In this document: in pieces, positions 26,719 to 35,773 of the stretch
Numbering within the stretch: the stretch's first letter is position 1
Layout: each line of letters begins with the position of its first letter
Virus genome (UHGV): UHGV-0213252
Source of the DNA: a virus
Length of the DNA: 36,087 nt
Reading direction: 5' to 3' (one strand)
Position numbers and translations under genes: made by a program
Notes under the pieces: generated by a model
The model's database searches: none
Told to the model about the DNA's origin: nothing
What the model saw: only the letters and a program-made list of their open reading frames with translations

Positions 26719-27294
26719 TTATTGTTTCTTGATCCCTGCCGCCTGCATGAATTTGGCACGGATCTTGTCGAGCTCTGACCCCCCATCTCCCCCTTGCGGA
26801 GCAGGAGGCGAGCCCTTAGCTGCCGACTGATTGACCATCGCCTTGGCCATGGCTTCTACGTCGTTCTTGAGTGCAAGGACATTGGCTTTCGTCTCCTCGA
26901 GCGTGGCTCCAACCACCCTCTCGGCTAACGCTGGATTGAGCCCTGATGCCGTGAGTTCTGATCTTGCCTCTGTCGTGCGCAGTTGTCTTTCGATCTCCGC
27001 GTACTTCTCTTTGGCCTCGCGTATCTGCGCGTCATATTGTGCCTTGAGCTTCTCCTCTCCCTCAAGCTTACTGATCCTCTCGGCCTCTTTGCGTTTCGCT
27101 TCCTCTGTATCGCGCTCTTTCTGGAATTGAAGTTCCTGACGTTTCAGGCGCTCGGAGACGATCCTATCAATAGCTGCTTGCTGTTCCTTGGAAAAGGTGA
27201 CCTCTTTCTGCGTTCCTGCGTCGGGTGCGCCCTCTCCGCCGTTGCCGGTATCTGCGGGTGCGCCCTGATTGCCTGTGTTCCCTTCGTCTGCCAT
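26719..27294 (-). CDS. Capsid scaffolding protein (DUF4355-like)
   Basis: TFS.EQ...IDRIVSERL.R; coiled coil. Confidence 0.85.
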   Translation of the reverse strand: MADEGNTGNQGAPADTGNGGEGAPDAGTQKEVTFSKEQQAAIDRIVSERLKRQELQFQKERDTEEAKRKEAERISKLEGEEKLKAQYDAQIREAKEKYAEIERQLRTTEARSELTASGLNPALAERVVGATLEETKANVLALKNDVEAMAKAMVNQSAAKGSPPAPQGGDGGSELDKIRAKFMQAAGIKKQ

Positions 27295-27350
27295 GTTAAC
27301 CCTCTGTAAAGGTAGTTAAGGTATCTGCTTAAATAATTAATAGGTGTCGC

Positions 27351-28376
27351 TTAAACGAGGTATTTCTCGGACCATTCCTTGTAGGTCATCGAGGCAGGGA
27401 CGAAGTCATTCTTCCCTGTCGTTGGATCCCGATACTTCCTCTTCTGCTCCCTGATGACGGCATCGCTGACCACGGCCACGATGTGACATCTGCAGTTCTC
27501 ATGCAATGGGGGGAAGTTCTCCCCCTGCCGACGTGCGCTCATGTTGTAGACCTTGCCGTCATGCTTGCCACAGCGTGGGCATGTCCTCTCGTCCAATGTG
27601 GCGTAATAGCGATAGCGATCATAACCCGCCTTCTCCAAGTGATAGGCTTCGGCGGCGTTCGATGACATGGTTATCTCCGTGCGGACGAACCGCTTAGCCT
27701 TCCACAGCTCCATGTCGGTGGCCTGTGCTACTCTCGCCGAGATGTCGTGCACATCATCGCCTGCCATCAGTCCGCCGAGGATATGCTCCTTGACGGCATC
27801 CCCGTAGCCGTTGGCGAATATCTCGCTATACGCTGGACTGTAATTCCTCTTGAGGATCCCTGCCAATTGTACCTTGTTGGGTTGCTCGAAGGAGAACCCG
27901 ACGTGTGTCGCCCTCTGCATCGTGTAGGCCGATCTGGTCACGGTGGTCATGATGACCATGTTGAGGTGCTTGGTCATCGTGCTATCTACCTGTGCTCCGA
28001 GCTTCCTCGCCTCGGTGTAAATTATGTCATTGATGATCCTACGATTGGTCAGTCTGCCCCTCGTGGCCTTTGCATCATACCATGCGAGGAGCTTCTTCCT
28101 CATGCTCTCGTCCTTTATCTGGAGTATCTGCTGGAGGAGTAGGTTCCTCGTGTCACTGCTGGCCGTTTGATTCAAAAAATGGATAGCCTCGAGGCGGGTG
28201 TCGAACCCGCCCTTGAGGCCGTATATGTCGAGGATGTTCTCCACCTGATCGCTGATGACCCTCTGCGAGCGATTGAGAGCTCTCATTATCTCCTTGACCA
28301 TCATCGGGAGGTGCTGATGTGTCTCCTTCGTGATGTCCTCGGCGTGCTGTGTGGTGATGCGGTCGATGCTGTTCAT
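27351..28376 (-). CDS. SPP1 gp7 / Mu F-like minor head protein
   Basis: RFVRTE, ATLDERTC..C...DG, PPLHENCRC. Confidence 0.92.
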   Translation of the reverse strand: MNSIDRITTQHAEDITKETHQHLPMMVKEIMRALNRSQRVISDQVENILDIYGLKGGFDTRLEAIHFLNQTASSDTRNLLLQQILQIKDESMRKKLLAWYDAKATRGRLTNRRIINDIIYTEARKLGAQVDSTMTKHLNMVIMTTVTRSAYTMQRATHVGFSFEQPNKVQLAGILKRNYSPAYSEIFANGYGDAVKEHILGGLMAGDDVHDISARVAQATDMELWKAKRFVRTEITMSSNAAEAYHLEKAGYDRYRYYATLDERTCPRCGKHDGKVYNMSARRQGENFPPLHENCRCHIVAVVSDAVIREQKRKYRDPTTGKNDFVPASMTYKEWSEKYLV

Positions 28377-29767
28377 TCTCCCTCATCCTTGGTCATGGAT
28401 GCGAACTCATCGGCATATAGTGCACGCTCATGGTCGAGGGTGGCCTTATTCTGCTCCGCTATGCGCTCCTTCTCGATCTGGATGTTCTCGACCAGCGAGC
28501 AGTTCTCCATGAGGGTCTCGTCGCTGACGATCCCTGCCGCCTTGTAGGTCGCGAGGGATTGCGCCTCATAGTTCATGTCCGTAGGGATCGAGAAACGGAA
28601 TATACAGCGCATGGTCGTGAAGTCTATCGATGATGTGTAGTCCAACGATGCTGTCGCATTGTGGAGAGCTGCGTCGTAGAGTTTGAACAGACGGGTCTGC
28701 CCCTTCTGGAAATTGCGGGCCTTGTTGCCTGCGAGGATGTCCGTTCCGAACAGCTTGAACTGCATAGCGACACCGCTTGCGTTCTGACTGAACTGCTCGT
28801 CGGAGAGGTTGGGAACCCTTGCGAACTTGTGCATGTCGCTGACGAGGGCATCGGCGAGTACCTGAACATCCGCCTCATTGAGGGTCTTGGTCAGCCACTG
28901 CGCGGTCATGTTGCCGTCTGCCATCTGGAGTACGCGCTGTTTCTTCAGCTTGTCCTTACCCTCGTTTATCTCCTCCGCATCCACTCCGAGAGCGAATCCC
29001 GACAGCAGGAGCATGGCATCGGCGAAGGCGTCCTTGTCATCCTGCCTATCGCTCATGATCTGATTGTATGCGTCCTGCAGGGAGATTATGCCTTCGATGT
29101 CCGAGAGGTATTGGACATCGTTCTTGTACTCGATGAGAGGGACACGTCCGAAACGATGGATCCTCGGCTCCCCTGTCCTCTGCCACGTCTCGTCCAATCC
29201 TCTGGATTCCCATCTCTGCACATCATGACGCGTGTATAGGTCCATTATGTAGGTCATCGTGCCGTCATCGTTCATCGTCGGATAAACGACCGCTCCGAAT
29301 ACACTGTCGGGCTCCGTGGTGCCCGTGTAGGCCACGAACGCCTCCCTTGGTGTGAAGACTGTCGATTTAGGCGTTAGGTCCTCGTCATCGGCGTGATAGA
29401 CCAAGCGGAACGCTCTTCCGTAGATGGACATGGTCTTGATTATCTCCGCATCCACCTGCGAGCTGTCCTGCCTGTTGAGGAGGTCCACGATCATGTTAGC
29501 GTTCCCGTCCGTCTCGTCGCATGTGTACGTGATGGGATTCCCCGTCATGTAGCCCGTGATGGTGTCGGCGATGTATTTGCACATGTTCCCGCAAATCCTC
29601 GCCCCGTCCTGCTTGTTCTGGATGGCTTGATTTCCGATGTAGTAGTCCTCTAACGTGATATACCTTTGCTGGTATTTCTGCCACGTTTCGAAGGCTTTCT
29701 TGACGCCTTTCTCGGTAGGCTCCCCGTTCTCGTCCGTCTCCACTCTTATCATTGGTGCCGTTATCAT
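28373..29767 (-). CDS. SPP1 gp6-like portal protein
   Basis: LEDYYIG, H.FGRVPLIEY.N, LQDAYN, NASGVAMQFKL. Confidence 0.93.
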   Translation of the reverse strand: MITAPMIRVETDENGEPTEKGVKKAFETWQKYQQRYITLEDYYIGNQAIQNKQDGARICGNMCKYIADTITGYMTGNPITYTCDETDGNANMIVDLLNRQDSSQVDAEIIKTMSIYGRAFRLVYHADDEDLTPKSTVFTPREAFVAYTGTTEPDSVFGAVVYPTMNDDGTMTYIMDLYTRHDVQRWESRGLDETWQRTGEPRIHRFGRVPLIEYKNDVQYLSDIEGIISLQDAYNQIMSDRQDDKDAFADAMLLLSGFALGVDAEEINEGKDKLKKQRVLQMADGNMTAQWLTKTLNEADVQVLADALVSDMHKFARVPNLSDEQFSQNASGVAMQFKLFGTDILAGNKARNFQKGQTRLFKLYDAALHNATASLDYTSSIDFTTMRCIFRFSIPTDMNYEAQSLATYKAAGIVSDETLMENCSLVENIQIEKERIAEQNKATLDHERALYADEFASMTKDEGE

Positions 29768-31086
29768 AGTATCCTTTCCATTCTCAACCTTGGGAATATG
29801 TGTGTGTAGCCGAAGTAACGCAGGGCATCCATGGCGTCATCGTTCTCCTTGATGGGCCTTTCCTCCCCTGCTGGTGCCTTCGGATCATACGCGTACGACG
29901 CGAACTCCCTACGCGCCGCTGTGCATGAATCTGATAGAATTAATCTGCCGTTGTAGAGCAGATAGCGTAAGAACTCGATTCCCGACTTGACCGCGTTCTT
30001 AGCGTTAAAGTCCCTGACATCGCTCGATGCTCCGCCCATCGGCTTGTAACCGTGGCGGATGAATTCATTACGAAGGACCTTCGCGGATGGATCTATCGCA
30101 ACGTAGACCTTGCGAGGGTCTATGCCTAGATCGTTGCATGCCCTCTCGTACAGCTCCATCATGTCGCTCGTGGTCTTGTCCTTCCTTGCGTCATAGACCT
30201 CGTGGACTATGCGCCAGTTCTGATAGTCGTATTTGGTGCCTTTCTTCAGCGGACCGCCGAAATACATAGCGAACGGGTGGTCCGTTCCAAAATCGATACT
30301 GCAGTAATGGATGTGCACGTCCATAGGGTCCACGTTCTGGAAGACGGGCCTCGTCGCAACTCCGGGATAGATCAGTCCCTCGGCCCTTACCCTCTTACCG
30401 AGGATGTACCTGTCGTACTCATAACCGCTGAAAGTCGCCCCTATGCGCTTGATGTCGATGTCCGAATAGATGGGATTGTCGGCCAGCGTGAAGTGGTAGT
30501 AGTTGTATCCGCCGACCTCTAATCTCTCCTCCCTCGATGCTTTCAGCCATCTGTCGATGTGCTTCTCATAGATAGGGGCCTGCGGATTGTCGGGATTCAT
30601 CGTCCAGATGTTGAAACGGTCCTTGTAGGTCAGCGACCTCGTGAGGGCCATGTCGATGAATGTCATGTGATGCTTGTCTATCTCGTCTGCGTACCACCCG
30701 CCGACGGTCAATCCGCGCAGATTATCCTCGCTGTCGATGTTCCCTCCGCCGAAGACATAGACGGTCTTCCATCCCGTGCTTGTCGGGATCATCAATGTGT
30801 TGTCCTTGTTCTTGTACTCCGAACCGGGGAGGATGGCGAGTATCCCCATATCGCCATCGACCACGTTCTTCTTGAACGAACCGATAGTGTTTCCGCTGGC
30901 CATGAAGTAGTTGGCCGATGACATCTCTATGCATGATAGGAAAAGCATAGAACTGGCCAGCGTCTTCCCTGAACGAACGCTGCCTTCGAATACGTTCAGC
31001 CATTTGGGCTGACGGAGGGAACGCTCCGCGTGAGGTCCGAACGGTCTAATGACCGCCTCACGACGGCGGGCTGTCCTGATGGCCAT
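29764..31086 (-). CDS. terL: Terminase large subunit (PBSX-like)
   Basis: Walker A GSVRSGKT, Walker B WYADE, TMNP, nuclease IDFG and DDAMDALRY; start placed at MAIR after a GAGGAGG RBS. Confidence 0.93.
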   Translation of the reverse strand: MAIRTARRREAVIRPFGPHAERSLRQPKWLNVFEGSVRSGKTLASSMLFLSCIEMSSANYFMASGNTIGSFKKNVVDGDMGILAILPGSEYKNKDNTLMIPTSTGWKTVYVFGGGNIDSEDNLRGLTVGGWYADEIDKHHMTFIDMALTRSLTYKDRFNIWTMNPDNPQAPIYEKHIDRWLKASREERLEVGGYNYYHFTLADNPIYSDIDIKRIGATFSGYEYDRYILGKRVRAEGLIYPGVATRPVFQNVDPMDVHIHYCSIDFGTDHPFAMYFGGPLKKGTKYDYQNWRIVHEVYDARKDKTTSDMMELYERACNDLGIDPRKVYVAIDPSAKVLRNEFIRHGYKPMGGASSDVRDFNAKNAVKSGIEFLRYLLYNGRLILSDSCTAARREFASYAYDPKAPAGEERPIKENDDAMDALRYFGYTHIFPRLRMERIL

Positions 31087-31501
31087 CTTCCTCCTCGTCC
31101 TCGTCATCCTGCTTGCGTGCATTGATTCCTTGGACGTAGATCGCTAATGCGCTGTTCGTTCCATCGGGCTGTACGTCCGATGGTTTCTCACCTATCTGGT
31201 CACGGATTAATTCGTAGGCCTTCACGTTGCCTTTCATGGCCTCGTTTATCATGCGGATGTTGATCTTGTCATTTATGGTCAGATTCGCCTTTTCGAGAGC
31301 TTCCTTAGACAGGTCCTTCATCTTGGATAGGTCGGTCACTTTACCGCCCCTCATTGGCATTCCGAGGATGATTTCGAGTGTCTCTTTCCACTCTCTTCTA
31401 ACTCTCTTCGCCTCTGCGGATGCCTTTCCTCCCTTTCTTCCTATCTCCCGTGCTTGCTCCGAGGTGGGAGTACGAAGATTATTGACATTGCCCTTAGGCA
31501 T
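31058..31501 (-). CDS. terS: Terminase small subunit (KGG-motif N-terminus; start MPKGN)
   Basis: AREIGRKGGKAS, KGNVKAYELIRD.IGEKP; directly upstream of terL. Confidence 0.75.
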   Translation of the reverse strand: MPKGNVNNLRTPTSEQAREIGRKGGKASAEAKRVRREWKETLEIILGMPMRGGKVTDLSKMKDLSKEALEKANLTINDKINIRMINEAMKGNVKAYELIRDQIGEKPSDVQPDGTNSALAIYVQGINARKQDDEDEEEDGHQDSPPS

Positions 31502-32165
31502 GATAAGGCTCCCAACCCTTTGGGTTTCCATTGAATGGTATGAGGTCGTCGAAGAATGCTTTGTAAAAATCTGCAACCTCTTTATCCACTGTGATCGTCG
31601 TGTTCTCTATCCTTGGATTGGTATTAACATTGGCGGAGGAGGCTATCGCGAATGCATAATCATCGCCGTAGCCTACCATGACCTTACTGTGATTGCGTGT
31701 AACACATACCCGTCCATTGCATATAGCAACGACTTGTTGCATATACTCCATGACGTCGCCATAGGATCTCGTGAATATCTCCCCGACATAGAGGTCGATC
31801 TTGCCTACCAATCCTCTATTTACCCATGAATTTATTTCCTCGGCATCAGTCATTGACATGCACCAAGTGGAGATCAACACATAGTCGAGTTTCTGTTGTT
31901 TTACAATACCTCTTAAGTATGTGAGCGAATCGACATCTCCTCCGCTTATGCAGTGGTATGTACATCCTCTTTCCAGATGCCAATCCAAAGCTTCATTCAT
32001 CGCCTGTTCTGAAAATGCTCTTCTCGTCACATGGCGTTGTCTCGTCTTGAGAGTATGAAGGTGGATATCTTGCGGTTCGTCCTTCTTATCGTCTTTCGGC
32101 ATTATGTCGCAGAGATCGTCATCGAATAATCCATCGAGATAGTCGTCTAACAGTCCTTCATCCAT
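31494..32165 (-). CDS. Phospholipase D-superfamily putative nuclease
   Basis: Single HxK motif NHSKV...SSANVN.N..E, as in Nuc/BfiI-type PLD nucleases. Confidence 0.75.
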   Translation of the reverse strand: MDEGLLDDYLDGLFDDDLCDIMPKDDKKDEPQDIHLHTLKTRQRHVTRRAFSEQAMNEALDWHLERGCTYHCISGGDVDSLTYLRGIVKQQKLDYVLISTWCMSMTDAEEINSWVNRGLVGKIDLYVGEIFTRSYGDVMEYMQQVVAICNGRVCVTRNHSKVMVGYGDDYAFAIASSANVNTNPRIENTTITVDKEVADFYKAFFDDLIPFNGNPKGWEPYHA

Positions 32166-32169
32166 GATT

Positions 32170-32200
32170 ATAACAATTATAACGTTACTATTTTTATATT
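32170..32200 (-). promoter_or_regulatory. 31-bp repeat copy A (TATA + operator-like)
   Basis: ataacaattataacgttactatttttatatt; 29/31 identical to 34644-34674. Confidence 0.75.
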
Positions 32201-32604
32201 TTCGATTTTCTGCTTAAAAACCGTAGTTGTTTGCCCATTCCCATGCCCTCTAATGGTACTTCGTGATTTGGGAACTTTTGCACCAAATATTTGCGATAAT
32301 TGGTGCCACATAAGAATACGGCTTTTTCATCATAATCGATGTTCTTTCTCTGTAACTCCATACAGACATCGTAAGCCCATCTTTTCCTCTCCTTCTCTGA
32401 CATATGATTTAAGGTCAGTTCGTAAGGATCTATGATGTCATTCAATTCCAATAATCCATATTTTGCAGATAAAATGAATATCCTTCTTGGATTGAGTGAT
32501 TTGGCGTATTGTAACGAATATCTGAACAATGGCGATATGTACATATCTTCGGCTTTGCAACGATGGTTAGCCTTGGTCTTTACACATGATAAGAAAACGA
32601 TCAT
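32194..32604 (-). CDS. DUF6884-like protein (start MIVFLSC)
   Basis: LSCVK.K....A.DMY.S.LF, ILSAKYGL, I.PYE.TL, PL.G.G.G.QL. Confidence 0.75.
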   Translation of the reverse strand: MIVFLSCVKTKANHRCKAEDMYISPLFRYSLQYAKSLNPRRIFILSAKYGLLELNDIIDPYELTLNHMSEKERKRWAYDVCMELQRKNIDYDEKAVFLCGTNYRKYLVQKFPNHEVPLEGMGMGKQLRFLSRKSKI

Positions 32605-33425
32605 AAGTGTACCTCTGCCCAATCAGAGAACTTCTTCCATTCTGTAAAATTGTGCCTGGCCGTTCTTCTTGGATCAGCAATCCTCATCCCTTCTGGCCTC
32701 TTGGTTACGATGATGTTACCTCTACCGTCGAATGTGTGGATGTTCCCGAATCTGTTCCCTGATGTCCATGATGTACTATCCACAGAATCGAAATGATACT
32801 TTGGGAGGTCTTTCAATGATGTGAATCCGAGGCCGTGTATCCTTGCCCCGTGCTTATGTGCTATATCGATCAATGTCGGAAATATCTTCCACTGGTCCGG
32901 TGTGATCTCTCTTGTTACGATACCTCCTATCGCGACATAATCATACTCCTTGCACATCTTGACGAACTCATCCTTTCCTCTTGATCTATGCCAAACGGGT
33001 ATCGAGGGTTGATCAGTCAATCTCTCTAATGTCTGGCGCATCTCCAATACTCTTTGATACCCAACCAAGGGATCTATGTCTAACTCGAAGAAGTGTTTGA
33101 CATTGTTCTTTCTGATAAATTCGCTGTAATTACTGATGTATTCATTCCAGTCGACCTTCTTTCCTTGACCGAAGAATGTGAATGCTCCACTGTCAAGTAG
33201 GAACAGCTTAGAACGAGGGATTACTTGTTTCTCTGTGAAATCATCAACATAATAGAATGATTGTAGGGTTTTTGCTCCATTCAGTATCGAATATTCTCCG
33301 CTCTCTCTCTCTCTCTCTCCCATGTATGATGCCCATACCTTGCCCGAATCTGCCAAGTAGAGATCCATCTCTTCCTTGCCCCCCTTCAACCTTATCTGTT
33401 GATTTGGAACTAAGTATACATCCAT
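32601..33425 (-). CDS. TGT-fold transglycosylase-like protein (DpdA-like); start may be 33368
   Basis: LDSGAF, PVWH, VAIGG, IHGLG, SVDSTSW motifs; adjacent to a preQ0/preQ1 transporter. Confidence 0.72.
   Translation of the reverse strand: MDVYLVPNQQIRLKGGKEEMDLYLADSGKVWASYMGERERESGEYSILNGAKTLQSFYYVDDFTEKQVIPRSKLFLLDSGAFTFFGQGKKVDWNEYISNYSEFIRKNNVKHFFELDIDPLVGYQRVLEMRQTLERLTDQPSIPVWHRSRGKDEFVKMCKEYDYVAIGGIVTREITPDQWKIFPTLIDIAHKHGARIHGLGFTSLKDLPKYHFDSVDSTSWTSGNRFGNIHTFDGRGNIIVTKRPEGMRIADPRRTARHNFTEWKKFSDWAEVHL
33301..33318. repeat. (CT)9 / (AG)9 microsatellite in the 5' part of the TGT-like gene
   Basis: ctctctctctctctctct, encoding GERERES. Confidence 0.92.
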
Positions 33426-33473
33426 GTAGATAGGTTCCGTTCAATATTCCGCCCAAACCTGCAAGGGCTATAA

Positions 33474-34127
33474 TCATGCATTCCTCTTATTCGTCATCAG
33501 ATAGAATATCGGCGTATCGCATGCGGCGATAAGGAACTTGACGAAATATTGTCCGACCATCATTGCTCCAAGTGTCGGCAACATCGCTGGATCGAACAAC
33601 CAACCGAAACCTATTCCGAATGCTATCCCGATGAAGATCACTGTATCGATTATTTGCGATGTCATAGTAGATACATTATTGCGGACCCATCTGCGGGTAC
33701 TCCCGTCATGATCTTTGAATTTGTGAAAAATGAACACATCCCAACTCTGGGAGATTATGTAGGCAGTCAAGGATCCTAATGCGAACATGAAGTTCTGTCC
33801 TAATATCGTCACATATGCATCCTGTACATTCCCGTCTACAGCAGGCAGATATTGCGTGAGGAGGATCATGATCGATGCGAATATCTGAACGATAAAACCG
33901 AATCTTACAATGCGATTGGCTTCTGCTTTCCCCCAAATCTCTCCGACAATGTCCGTTATTAGGAATGTTATTGCATAACAAAGCACAGCCCCGGGGATGG
34001 TTATCGTTGCTCCGAATAACGGTATCCCCGTCTGTACCACTTTGGATGCAACTACATTGGCGATGACCAGTGTTACAGCGAAGAACATCCCCAACAGCAA
34101 TAGATTACTGTCCTTCCTGTCTATCAT
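33474..34127 (-). CDS. yhhQ: Queuosine precursor transporter (YhhQ / COG1738 / Vut_1; start MIDRKD)
   Basis: ANVVASK, FLITDIVGEIWG, SLTAYIISQ.WDV, RNNVST..SQIIDT, DTP. Confidence 0.9.
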   Translation of the reverse strand: MIDRKDSNLLLLGMFFAVTLVIANVVASKVVQTGIPLFGATITIPGAVLCYAITFLITDIVGEIWGKAEANRIVRFGFIVQIFASIMILLTQYLPAVDGNVQDAYVTILGQNFMFALGSLTAYIISQSWDVFIFHKFKDHDGSTRRWVRNNVSTMTSQIIDTVIFIGIAFGIGFGWLFDPAMLPTLGAMMVGQYFVKFLIAACDTPIFYLMTNKRNA

Positions 34128-34588
34128 AGGTCGAACCACTCTCCGCAGTGAGGGCATTGGATCTGTCTCGGTTCCTTTGGTTTCTCCTCTGCTGATGCGA
34201 AGAAGGAATCAACATCTATATCCTCATGATCAATGAATCCGAAATCTGTCATGTCGAGGTCATCTATCAATGCCAATTCTTCATCGAGCTTTGCAAAATC
34301 CCATCCTGCAAGCTCTGATGTTTTGTTGTCAGCCAAACGGAATGCCCTTATCTGCTTAGGTGTGAGGTCATCAGCGAGTATGCATGGTACTTCCTCCAAT
34401 CCGAGTTTTTGAGCTGCCAAAAATCTTGTGTGCCCTGTAACAATCGTATCCTTCTTGTCGATGACGATAGGTACTTTGAATCCGAACTCTTTGATCGAAT
34501 TAGCGACTGCATCTATGGCGCCCTCGTTCTTACGTGGGTTATTCTCATAGGGATGCAATACCTCAATTTTCTTCATGATCATTTCCAT
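34124..34588 (-). CDS. ParB/Srx N-terminal domain protein with C-terminal CPHCG
   Basis: PYENNPRKN, SIKEFGF.VPIVID, GHTR, FRLADNK. Confidence 0.88.
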   Translation of the reverse strand: MEMIMKKIEVLHPYENNPRKNEGAIDAVANSIKEFGFKVPIVIDKKDTIVTGHTRFLAAQKLGLEEVPCILADDLTPKQIRAFRLADNKTSELAGWDFAKLDEELALIDDLDMTDFGFIDHEDIDVDSFFASAEEKPKEPRQIQCPHCGEWFDL

Positions 34589-34643
34589 AGAATCACTTGC
34601 TGACCTATCTGGATAGAGGTATGCAGAATCCAATAGGTCGTTA

Positions 34644-34674
34644 ATAACAATCATAACGTTATTATTTTTATATT
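34644..34674 (-). promoter_or_regulatory. 31-bp repeat copy B (TATA + operator-like)
   Basis: ataacaatcataacgttattatttttatatt; overlaps a TAATAAC-N9-GTTATTA dyad. Confidence 0.75.
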
Positions 34675-34702
34675 GTGTTTAAAAAGAGATTAAAAGGTTT
34701 GT

Positions 34703-35068
34703 TCAATGTATGCCTTTCATGCCTTTGAGCATCATTTTCATCTTGTTCGCGATGTCATCGACTGCGCTGTCCCTCTCCTTTTCCTCGGAGCGATTTATCA
34801 GAGTAAGGACCTCCTCGTCCGTCAGGAAGATTATCTTGCTGGTGATCGTGTTTCCGCATGAAATCTTCCCACTGACCATGGACCAGCATACTCTCTGTAC
34901 GCCGTCTATGGTCTTGTCGCTGTAACTGAACCACATCTCGTCGTAGTTGAGGTAGCTGTACAATGCGGAATATATCCCTGATTTGACATCGAGATAGAAT
35001 ACCTTCCCTTCATTCTCACGTAGGATCCTTTGGTCTTCTTCTGTTATCATATCATCACAATTGTCCAA
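34703..35068 (-). CDS. Hypothetical protein (start may be 35050)
   Basis: ORF track; operon context. Confidence 0.6.
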   Translation of the reverse strand: MDNCDDMITEEDQRILRENEGKVFYLDVKSGIYSALYSYLNYDEMWFSYSDKTIDGVQRVCWSMVSGKISCGNTITSKIIFLTDEEVLTLINRSEEKERDSAVDDIANKMKMMLKGMKGIH

Positions 35069-35083
35069 TAATTAGGGCTTCCA

Positions 35084-35320
35084 TCATTGGTTCCCCTTTC
35101 TGCATTGCTTGTAGATCTCTCTGTCCGCTGCCTTGATTCTCTTTAACAGGTTCCCACGGTAGTGGTCGACGAGCTGGAGCATGTTGAGGGCCAACTTCTC
35201 ATAATCTGCGACCGTCATCATGTGATATTCGCCGTTAGAGAGTAATGCGAGGACGTATCCGTTCTCGATATCCTCCTTGAACTCTGGCGGCGTTCTGCAT
35301 GGAAGGATCTCATTCGTCAT
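35084..35320 (-). CDS. Hypothetical protein, similar to 35516..35707
   Basis: YHMMTVADYEKLALNML. Confidence 0.65.
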   Translation of the reverse strand: MTNEILPCRTPPEFKEDIENGYVLALLSNGEYHMMTVADYEKLALNMLQLVDHYRGNLLKRIKAADREIYKQCRKGNQ

Positions 35321-35513
35321 TGTTCCCCTCCTCGACGTGTACCTTCGACAGGATGTACTTTGCTAAACGAATAGCCTCCTCTGGCGATAAGTGTGCTAAT
35401 GGGAATAATTCGTAATTGCTGATGATCCGAACGCGATTTCTGAAGATAGCGACCTTTATCTTATGATTCTTATCCCAATCGTCGTTGAATATCTCGGACT
35501 CTTCGCACAACAT
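35310..35513 (-). CDS. Hypothetical protein
   Basis: GAGGAG RBS; coupled. Confidence 0.6.
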   Translation of the reverse strand: MLCEESEIFNDDWDKNHKIKVAIFRNRVRIISNYELFPLAHLSPEEAIRLAKYILSKVHVEEGNNDE

Positions 35514-35515
35514 CC

Positions 35516-35707
35516 TTACTCCTCCTCGTCTATCGACAGCTCGATCACGTCAGATTCTTCCTCTGCCAACAGGGAGAGCATCTCAATGGCCAGCTTCTTG
35601 TATTCTGCTGGCGTGAAAAAGTAATCGCTCGTCGCTGTTTTCAAACAGTAGGTCTTACCCTCTGATATTGCGCCTTTCCAAAACCCATCAGTGTGTTCGG
35701 CTATCAT
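35516..35707 (-). CDS. Hypothetical protein, similar to 35084..35320
   Basis: YFFTPAEYKKLAIEML. Confidence 0.65.
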   Translation of the reverse strand: MIAEHTDGFWKGAISEGKTYCLKTATSDYFFTPAEYKKLAIEMLSLLAEEESDVIELSIDEEE

Positions 35708-35769
35708 GCCTTCTCCTCCTTCTTCTTCGGTCTTGTGAAAAATGTGTAACCTTTCGGAACGATGAACAC
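35704..35769 (-). CDS. Possible 21-aa microprotein (MFIVPKGYTFFTRPKKKEEKA)
   Basis: GAGGTGA RBS, GTG start, stop in ATGA overlap. Confidence 0.4.
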   Translation of the reverse strand: MFIVPKGYTFFTRPKKKEEKA

Positions 35770-35773
35770 GGGA

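Noticed and set aside
34124..34588. Plasmid-type partition system
   Set aside because: No ParA and no HTH domain; this short ParB/Srx form is typical of terminase-adjacent DNA-modification loci
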